A DNA stretch of 32,262 bases, taken from a virus. Each line of letters starts with the position of its first letter. Position 1 is the stretch's first letter. The stretch lies in UHGV virus genome UHGV-2051569; one strand, given 5' to 3'. Below the pieces are notes generated by a model. The model searched no databases. It was given only the letters and a program-made list of their open reading frames with translations, and was not told where the DNA came from. The translations under genes were made by a program, and so were the position numbers. Shown here in pieces: positions 25,718-32,262 of this stretch.

Positions 25718-27940
25718 TTACTCATGTATTGGTTTTGATGCTTCAGCCATCGCCGCAACACGATTAAGGATTTTCCGAGCTTTAGCCTCATGCGATGGTG
25801 CTGCGGAAAATATTTCTCCTTTGGCCGTTCCGCGTAGCCATTTACCATCAAAACAACTTTTACCACCGGCCATCAGGTGCAGGGCTTCGCCCCGGCTGAT
25901 ATTAATGCCGGTTGTCAGATGTATTTCGTCGATAGTTTTAGCTATAGCTGCGTTTTGCTCATCCGTTCCGTGGATGAATTTTCGCCGTGCTGCTGGCTTT
26001 TGCTTCCTGAGTCGGTTGGTCAATTCTCGTCTTTCACGCCGACTCAGTGGTTTTGTTAAATCCAGTATCGGTGGATCGCTTTCGCTTCCCGTACAGTTAT
26101 TGACAGAACTCCGAGGGACGGCTTTGCCGTCCTGAAGGTCAACGGCCAAATCAACAGCACGCTTCGGAACAATCTTCCACTGAGTGAGCCGGGTTAAAAT
26201 CGGGCTTCCTGCACCTATGGAGGAATCGTAGACCCCCTTAATACATACCGTTTCCTCACCGTACTGATTAAGCTCGGTACGCGGTTCATACAGTGTGCGC
26301 ACCTGTAAATCGTCGCGACGGACAAACGGCCCACCCTGAGCATTAACATAACCAGCCCAGTCACCAGCGTCGGCGGCATCATGGACGGCGGCAAACTCAA
26401 CGCTCAGACCGTGCGCGGTTTCGGTATCAGCGAGGCGACGCAACTCACGGTAAACCGTCACCGGCGCACCACCAATAAACTGAAACTGACGGATGTGCCA
26501 GCGCGCAGCCCATGCTGAAACGGCGGGGGCTGTCTCTTTCAGCAGCTCACCGCTTTCATCATCGGTTTCACCATCGAGAGCATAACCGTCGATATTTTTT
26601 GAAATGTATTTAGCAACATAGCCGGTTGCGCTGCCTTTCTCCGGGTCAATGGACTCGGCGTGGAAACGTGCTTTTTTGGATTTATCGCTTTTCAGTTCGT
26701 GGCGGTCTTCTTTCCATGCGTATTTACGGACGATGGAGCGAACATATTCAACATATTCCGGCAGCATGAACATCAGCATGTGCCAGTGTGGAGTGCCGTC
26801 GTGATGGGGCTCGGCGACACGAATACCGAAAATACGGACATCTTCCCGATGTAGTTTGGCACGGATACGCGCCCAGATACCGGTTAGATAGTTTTGCGTG
26901 TCAGCCGGGCTGGCACCGCTCCATTTGCTGTTACGGTAACCGGCTTTAGTCGTGGCGTGATATTTTGACGGCGCGGTTAGAGTGTAAAACTCACCGACAT
27001 AACCGAGCTCATTACAGATGTTTTCAAACCCACGAATGCGGGTCATGAGCTCACAGCGGCGAATCGCAGGGTTAGCAACTGAGCCATCATATTTTTCAAT
27101 TAGGCTGATACGGTTGCCGTCTTCGTCTTCGAGATCCAGACCTTTGAGAAATTCACGAGTGCGGCGCTTTTGTTCACGCCAGTCAGTCACGCAGTTTTTA
27201 CTCGCGTAAGTGTTTTTTTTCTTACTGACGTTGCCGACTGCAATTTGCAGGTGTTCGCGCCACGTAGCTGCAACACGGCGCAAACGACCGCGCCACCACC
27301 CATCGTTAAACATTTTGGCGATAGCCGGTGCGATTTCATCCGCACCGACATATTTTTTTTCAACCCGCTCCCAATGTGGTGGGATAACGTTGAATTGGAG
27401 GGAAATAAAGCCAGCACGAATATACCAGGTGTACAGCGTTTTAAGCTCGCCGAATCCGTGGTCATTAATGTTGGCAAGTTCACCACGAATGAAATTAGCA
27501 ATATCAGCGGCCAACAGGTCAACATCAGCGCGCGACATGTCCGGGAGACGGTTATATTGGGCGACCATATTAACCATGCGTGACGACAGATATTGCATTT
27601 GCTGAGTATCAAAATGACTTCCAAAAACAGCGGTTGATACCTTGCTGTTGATACCAGCGCATTCGTATTTTTTTGCGACCAGTTCAAGACGCGGCAATGC
27701 CTTTTTGCAGAAGCTGATTAAAAATGCATTGGCTCGTTGACTACCCTGATTTTGCTCCAGCACCGCAGCAGTGCGATAAACATCTAACCGTACGCAGTCG
27801 GGCTGGAGAGAAAGCACCTTTTTTGCATGCAGCAAAGCCGCGAACATACGGTCGCGACGATGCTGTTGCTCATAAGTAAGGTATGGGCTGGGGATTGCCG
27901 ACCGTGGGACGTTCCACGGATAAGCGAATTGAACAGCCAA
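25718..27940 (-). CDS. A: Replication initiation protein A (rolling-circle nickase, P2 gpA-like)
   Basis: 740-aa ORF with the HxH metal-binding motif (HDGTPHWHMLMF) and catalytic Tyr region (GYVAKYISK) typical of P2 A-type initiators. Confidence 0.9.
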   Translation of the reverse strand: MAVQFAYPWNVPRSAIPSPYLTYEQQHRRDRMFAALLHAKKVLSLQPDCVRLDVYRTAAVLEQNQGSQRANAFLISFCKKALPRLELVAKKYECAGINSKVSTAVFGSHFDTQQMQYLSSRMVNMVAQYNRLPDMSRADVDLLAADIANFIRGELANINDHGFGELKTLYTWYIRAGFISLQFNVIPPHWERVEKKYVGADEIAPAIAKMFNDGWWRGRLRRVAATWREHLQIAVGNVSKKKNTYASKNCVTDWREQKRRTREFLKGLDLEDEDGNRISLIEKYDGSVANPAIRRCELMTRIRGFENICNELGYVGEFYTLTAPSKYHATTKAGYRNSKWSGASPADTQNYLTGIWARIRAKLHREDVRIFGIRVAEPHHDGTPHWHMLMFMLPEYVEYVRSIVRKYAWKEDRHELKSDKSKKARFHAESIDPEKGSATGYVAKYISKNIDGYALDGETDDESGELLKETAPAVSAWAARWHIRQFQFIGGAPVTVYRELRRLADTETAHGLSVEFAAVHDAADAGDWAGYVNAQGGPFVRRDDLQVRTLYEPRTELNQYGEETVCIKGVYDSSIGAGSPILTRLTQWKIVPKRAVDLAVDLQDGKAVPRSSVNNCTGSESDPPILDLTKPLSRRERRELTNRLRKQKPAARRKFIHGTDEQNAAIAKTIDEIHLTTGINISRGEALHLMAGGKSCFDGKWLRGTAKGEIFSAAPSHEAKARKILNRVAAMAEASKPIHE

Positions 27941-27941
27941 T

Positions 27942-28163
27942 TTATACCCCCCGATAGTGTTTGTTTTTTAGCTCTGCTATTTGCTGGCAGGTTACGCAAA
28001 AAGCCACGCCCGGAATCGCAATGCGGCGAGCTTCCGGGATTGGTGTGTCACATTCCTCGCAAAGAAAACGGGAAGGTGCAGCGATACGGGTGCGTGCGTT
28101 GCTGATGTGGCGTTCGCGGTCTTCCTGCTCGCGCAGTTGTGCTAAATCCATTGCGTCGGCCAT
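27942..28163 (-). CDS. TraR/DksA-family C4 zinc-finger protein
   Basis: 73-aa ORF with CEEC-x17-CVTC, immediately upstream of A as in P2-family early operons. Confidence 0.7.
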   Translation of the reverse strand: MADAMDLAQLREQEDRERHISNARTRIAAPSRFLCEECDTPIPEARRIAIPGVAFCVTCQQIAELKNKHYRGV

Positions 28164-28390
28164 TAGTGCAGCTCCTGTGATTCATTCTCAAAGCGGGTTG
28201 CTTCACGGCGCAGCAGTTCGGCAGCTTCGGTGCCGCTCATACCCTCTCTGGTAATATGGATAGCCAGCGCCTCAAGGCGGATGGAAACAGCGAGCGCGCG
28301 GTCTTTACGCTCTTCTTTTTTTGCATCGGTCAGCAATACGGCCAGCGCATCGCTATCAGTGTTAAAACTACGGATTTCGGTATTACGCAT
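28163..28390 (-). CDS. Hypothetical early-operon protein
   Basis: 75-aa ORF with start/stop coupling to neighbours on the early strand. Confidence 0.45.
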   Translation of the reverse strand: MRNTEIRSFNTDSDALAVLLTDAKKEERKDRALAVSIRLEALAIHITREGMSGTEAAELLRREATRFENESQELH

Positions 28391-28457
28391 AATTAACTCT
28401 CCTGCTTTCGGGCAATAAGATGCCCGGCGGGTTTACGCCATTAAATTTCTGTTTGGA

Positions 28458-28796
28458 TTAATTCGGCATGGTTAGCCGTTTGGGAAATAAGCTCACTACT
28501 GCACGAAAATGATTCATCGCTGTAATAAGCGCCTTTTTCTCGTCAGTAGTCAGCTCACTTAATTCGAGTTCATGACGAGCCGCCGGTATTTTTGCCAGAA
28601 AGAAAATAGCGGCCAGCGCCCGATTATTTTCTTCAAATTGTGGGTCACGTTTATCGCGCATATCATCGACAAAACGTTCAACCTCTTTCCAGCTATCGCC
28701 CCAATATCTCGCGCGCAATTCGGCAACATGATTGAGACCGGCCAGACGTTCACCCGCTTTTAGCGGAACAGTCGCGGAAACAGCTTCGATAGCCAT
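28458..28796 (-). CDS. Hypothetical early-operon protein
   Basis: 112-aa ORF between cII and the TraR-like gene. Confidence 0.45.
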   Translation of the reverse strand: MAIEAVSATVPLKAGERLAGLNHVAELRARYWGDSWKEVERFVDDMRDKRDPQFEENNRALAAIFFLAKIPAARHELELSELTTDEKKALITAMNHFRAVVSLFPKRLTMPN

Positions 28797-28967
28797 GATC
28801 CCCCCCGCTTTTGAGTAGAGAGGCCAGCCAGTAAATCAGCCTGCGAGTGGCTCGGGTGCCAGCGCTTGCCGTCCTTACCTGCGATCCAGCCGTGGCCGTA
28901 GTGCATGCCGGGGCTTTGCTTAACGAGCAGAGATGCGAATGACGGTTCACTTTTCAGCATACGCACC

Positions 28968-29477
28968 TCAAATCAGACCAAACGATGCGCCAATACCGCT
29001 CATGGTATCGACCACGCTCGACATAGCTGGATTAGTCTGCAGACGTGCATGCAGCGCCAGAGCCGACAATGACAACATGCGAATGCCGGAGTTAACGCTT
29101 TCAATCATGTTGTGCTTACGGGCAGTGGTCAGACGTTCATCAGATACCGCGCCGCTCGCCAGTTCGCCGAGTTCACGCATTGCGCGCATGACATAAGACT
29201 GCAATTTGTCTTTAGCCAACTCATTAACCGGCACGCATGGTAGGCAGTGAATCTGCGCTAAAAAACCATCAATGAGGGTTGAGTCTTCGGTCAGGTCAGT
29301 CAGCAGCCACAATTCAGGCGGCGTGAACTGGTGAGGCTGTTCCGGGTTGAGCTTGTTACGTAACGTTTGAACGTTCATACCTGCACGCTCGGCCAGCTTC
29401 GCCATGTTGTGACGCTGTGCGAAAATGCGGCATGCTTCGTCATAGTGGGGATGTTTGGAAACCTGAAAATCAAACAT
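28968..29477 (-). CDS. cII: CII-like transcriptional activator of lysogeny (phage 186 type)
   Basis: 169-aa product MFDFQVSKHPHYDEACRIFAQRHNMAKLAERAGMNVQTLRNKL... with an HTH, matching 186 CII as recalled; GAGGGA RBS before the internal ATG. Confidence 0.75.
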   Translation of the reverse strand: MFDFQVSKHPHYDEACRIFAQRHNMAKLAERAGMNVQTLRNKLNPEQPHQFTPPELWLLTDLTEDSTLIDGFLAQIHCLPCVPVNELAKDKLQSYVMRAMRELGELASGAVSDERLTTARKHNMIESVNSGIRMLSLSALALHARLQTNPAMSSVVDTMSGIGASFGLI

Positions 29478-29509
29478 GGTTAAATTCCCTCTAACTTGCA
29501 TAATCAAAT

Positions 29510-29881
29510 TCAGTTAAGAGCGGTGCGCTGGTCGATGTAGCGACAATCAATCGCTTGTTGAGTCAGCTTATCGCGCCATGCTTTTACATTTACGAGGGTT
29601 CGGCTTCGTTTAGCAGCTTCCTCTTTGTTGGAAAAGTCTTTGGTCGGAGCTTTGAGAAGGACTCCCTCATCGAGCCATTGCCAGACCAGACGCTCGCTAA
29701 CACCGCGAGTAGCGGCGAAGTCTTTCACAGTCATCGTGTCTGACATAGCGGAGCGAATCATTGTCTGTAGAGCTGGCAGCATGGCGGTAACGATGGCATC
29801 AAACTGTGTTGGATCTAGCAGCACAGTTTGATTTTGTGAGTTTTGCGAGTCGTGCGTCGAGATTGATTTTGCATCTGACAT
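29510..29881 (-). CDS. apl: Apl-like excisionase/repressor (HTH) with an N-terminal extension of uncertain reality
   Basis: C-terminal ~80 aa (MSDTMTVKDFAATRGVSERLVWQWLDEGVL...) is a typical Apl/Cox-type HTH; the track ORF adds ~45 aa upstream and its ATG has an AGGAG RBS. Confidence 0.65.
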   Translation of the reverse strand: MSDAKSISTHDSQNSQNQTVLLDPTQFDAIVTAMLPALQTMIRSAMSDTMTVKDFAATRGVSERLVWQWLDEGVLLKAPTKDFSNKEEAAKRSRTLVNVKAWRDKLTQQAIDCRYIDQRTALN

Positions 29882-29994
29882 ATCGCATTATCTCCTGTTG
29901 TTTGAAATGTAGTGCAGTGGTGTGCATCTTGGTCGGTGAGCACCAATATAGATCGCTAAATTTTGGTTGTAAACAAAATTATTGTTGGTGTCAT

Positions 29995-30840
29995 ATGTCT
30001 AAAAATGATGTTAATGCGTCTGCCGCATTGGAACGTGTCCTTTCTGCATACGGCTTTAAGCAGCAAAAGGAACTAGCCGAAAGGCTTGGCATACATGCAA
30101 ACAACGTGAGTAGCTGGCTTGCTAGAAACGTAATCCCTAGCAACGTTTTCGTTGAGTGTGCTCTTGATACTGGAGCTGACCTGCGATGGCTAATTAATGG
30201 TGAGCTTGCAAATGCAAGATTTGAAGTGGTGAAAACTAAGCTTAAAGGTAAGCAACTCTATGATGAAATCATGGCAAATGGAGGGAGGGCGGTTCTGCGT
30301 CGGATTCTCGATGCGTATGGTTTTACTCTGCAAAAAGAGCTTGGAGATTTATTAGGTATATCTTCCGGCACTATAAGCACTTGGGTTAGACGCGATTTTT
30401 TCCCCGGTGACGTGGTTGTCACTTGCGCCCTTGATACTGGCGTATCGTTAGAATGGTTATCAACCGGAAAAGGCCAGATGCGTAACAGTAATGATGGTGA
30501 ACCGGCAAATGCTTTAACGATTAGAAAGTGCCGCCTCGAGGCTGGCGAACTCAAAGATATCGGACGCTGGACTCCTGATATATCTATGGTTCCATCAAAT
30601 ACTGATGATTTAGTGTTTATTGATGGTGTGAGCACATCTTGGCTTGTTGATAGTTCTAACTCGAAGATAGGAAATGGTCGCTGGCTTATTGGTATTGATG
30701 GCGCACTCGATGTTTTTGACGTAATCAGGTTGCCAGGCGGAAAGGTCAGGTTATCAAATAAGTCTGCTGAGTTTGAATGTAATATTTCAGATATCACACC
30801 ATCAGGTGCGGTTATTTTTACTTTGGAAAAGCATGTTTAA
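29995..30840 (+). CDS. cI: CI-like immunity repressor with a tandemly duplicated HTH domain
   Basis: Divergent from apl/cII and upstream of int; two paralogous ~60-aa segments (ERVLSAYGFKQQKELAERLGIHANNVSSWL...CALDTGADLRWL and RRILDAYGFTLQKELGDLLGISSGTISTWV...CALDTGVSLEWL); start at ATG 29995. Confidence 0.75.
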   Translation: MSKNDVNASAALERVLSAYGFKQQKELAERLGIHANNVSSWLARNVIPSNVFVECALDTGADLRWLINGELANARFEVVKTKLKGKQLYDEIMANGGRAVLRRILDAYGFTLQKELGDLLGISSGTISTWVRRDFFPGDVVVTCALDTGVSLEWLSTGKGQMRNSNDGEPANALTIRKCRLEAGELKDIGRWTPDISMVPSNTDDLVFIDGVSTSWLVDSSNSKIGNGRWLIGIDGALDVFDVIRLPGGKVRLSNKSAEFECNISDITPSGAVIFTLEKHV

Positions 30841-30849
30841 GGAGCAGTA

Positions 30850-31188
30850 ATGAAAAAGTTTATATTTGCGATAGTCTGCATTGCACTTTCTTCCTCAGCC
30901 ATAGCCGCTGAGAAGTTTAAAGAGATAGACGGCGCTGCATATGGTGACAAGTGGCCTCTAACCTTTGAAAAGGCAAAGGTATCATGTGTTAACCGTGCTT
31001 ATGCTTTTGTGTATGACATCAAAACTGATGATAGATATCCTCTGAATGGCATGGCGGTAGATGCTGTTAAATCAGGAAAGCTGGAGGGGTCTAACTTAGA
31101 TGACGTATGGAAGGATGACCCTGAGTATGACGGCGTTAAAATTTCAATTTCACCGGTGATTGATGCCGCTACAGCCCTTTGTAATTAA
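30850..31188 (+). CDS. Secreted (signal-peptide) small protein between cI and int; candidate lysogenic-conversion gene
   Basis: AAGGAG RBS 7 nt upstream; N-terminus MKKFIFAIVCIALSSSAIA|AEK is a Sec signal peptide; mature part ~90 aa. Confidence 0.6.
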   Translation: MKKFIFAIVCIALSSSAIAAEKFKEIDGAAYGDKWPLTFEKAKVSCVNRAYAFVYDIKTDDRYPLNGMAVDAVKSGKLEGSNLDDVWKDDPEYDGVKISISPVIDAATALCN

Positions 31189-31212
31189 TTTTCTTTTAGC
31201 CTCGGTATCGCA

Positions 31213-32262
31213 ATGACTGTAAGTAAACAAAAAAGTGGAAAATGGTTGTGTGAACTCTATCCAAATGGTCGAGAAGGGCGGCGTATACGTCGGCAGTTCA
31301 ATACCAAAGGTGAGGCCGAGGCATTTGAAGCATTTACCAAAAGCGAGAGTGAAGATAAGCCGTGGCTCGGCAAGAAAGAAGACCGCCGACGCTTAAGCGA
31401 GATTATTCAGCTTTGGCACAATTTGCACGGTCAAGCGTTAGTCGCCAGTAAGTCGAGGTTTGCAAAGCTTCAAATCGTATGTAATGGACTTGGCGACCCG
31501 ATTGCATCTCGCCTTACCGCGAAAGACTGGGCTCATTATCGTGACCGTCGATTACGTGGTGAAATAGACAATGGTTATCATAAAGACCCCTCGAAATGGA
31601 TCGCCAAACCTATAACCGTCAATCGCGAACAACAATACCTAGAAGCAGTGTTTAATGAGCTCCGCCGGTTAGGGGAGTGGAGCCTACCCAATCCACTTGA
31701 TGGGATCCGAGTATTCAAAGAAGCTGAGAAAGAAATGTCCTGGCTAACTTTGTCTCAGCTCCCGGAGCTGTTTCGAGCCTGCGAGCAATACGGCAAAGAA
31801 GACCTCACCATGATTGTTAAGGTGTGCCTTGCAACCGGCGCTCGATGGGGGGAAGCAGAGAGATTGACCCGACCTCAACTTTCTCCATATAAACTAACGT
31901 TCACCAAAACCAAAGGTAAGAAGAATCGCACAGTTCCTATTCCTAAATGGCTGTACGACGAGTTGTCCGTACGTCAAGGCAGAATGTTTAAACCCTGCTA
32001 TCAGGAGTTTAAAAAGATGCTCAAACTAACGAATATTGAATTGACGGAAGGGCAGAAGACGCACGTTTTGCGTCATACTTTTGGTGCGCATTTTATGATG
32101 AACGGAGGGAATATACTGGTGCTGCAGAAAATTCTCGGACATGCCAATATTCGAGAAACAATGAAGTATGCGCACTTTGCTCCTGACCACCTTGAACAAG
32201 CTGTAACCCTCAATCCGTTATCGCTGTATGTTGGCGACAATGTGGCGGCAGAGGTTGCATAA
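31213..32262 (+). CDS. int: Tyrosine integrase (P2/186 family)
   Basis: 349-aa ORF with the C-terminal R...HxxR...Y catalytic region (HVLRHTFGAHFMMNGGNILVLQKILGHANIRETMKYAHF); its stop is at the window end. Confidence 0.9.
   Translation: MTVSKQKSGKWLCELYPNGREGRRIRRQFNTKGEAEAFEAFTKSESEDKPWLGKKEDRRRLSEIIQLWHNLHGQALVASKSRFAKLQIVCNGLGDPIASRLTAKDWAHYRDRRLRGEIDNGYHKDPSKWIAKPITVNREQQYLEAVFNELRRLGEWSLPNPLDGIRVFKEAEKEMSWLTLSQLPELFRACEQYGKEDLTMIVKVCLATGARWGEAERLTRPQLSPYKLTFTKTKGKKNRTVPIPKWLYDELSVRQGRMFKPCYQEFKKMLKLTNIELTEGQKTHVLRHTFGAHFMMNGGNILVLQKILGHANIRETMKYAHFAPDHLEQAVTLNPLSLYVGDNVAAEVA

Noticed and set aside
28760-28966. 68-aa ORF in the cII-proximal gap (possible fil-like gene)
   Set aside because: The track start is a GTG, it overlaps the 28458-28796 ORF, and the product is Gly/Ser/Lys-rich with no recognisable motif. 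A small early gene may exist here but I cannot support a specific call.

Overview
This window is a near-complete P2-family temperate myovirus prophage in prophage gene order, running from ogr at the left to a complete tyrosine integrase at the right, with a 186-like lysogeny module. All calls are by eye from the ORF track and sequence; no searches were run. ORF-track coordinates are treated as authoritative, and hand-placed sites (cos, LexA box, crossover sites, repeats) may be off by a base or two. The minus strand carries the late genes ogr-D-U-T-E/E'-FII-FI, a Hin/Gin-family DNA invertase with an invertible tail-fibre segment, then H-I-J-W-V, S-R, the lysis cassette (lysC, lysB, K, Y), X-L-M-N-O. 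The plus strand carries terminase P and portal Q, followed by a cos-like site. Beyond cos lie a LexA-boxed DinI-like (tum-like) operon, replication gene A, a TraR/DksA-like zinc finger, cII and apl on the minus strand, then cI, a secreted-protein gene and int on the plus strand. No rRNA, tRNA or CRISPR array was found. The best candidates for undescribed biology are AT-rich cargo genes at three positions: (1) a 334-aa HExxH-motif protein wedged between portal Q and cos; (2) a convergent HNH-nuclease-domain protein on the other side of cos, where P2 carries old/tin; (3) a membrane-anchored pentapeptide-repeat protein inserted antisense between V and S. Other points of interest are the tail-fibre inversion switch, an in-frame amber codon splitting the tum-like reading frame, paired ~70-bp repeats in that operon, a CI repressor with a tandemly duplicated HTH domain, and a signal-peptide protein between cI and int.
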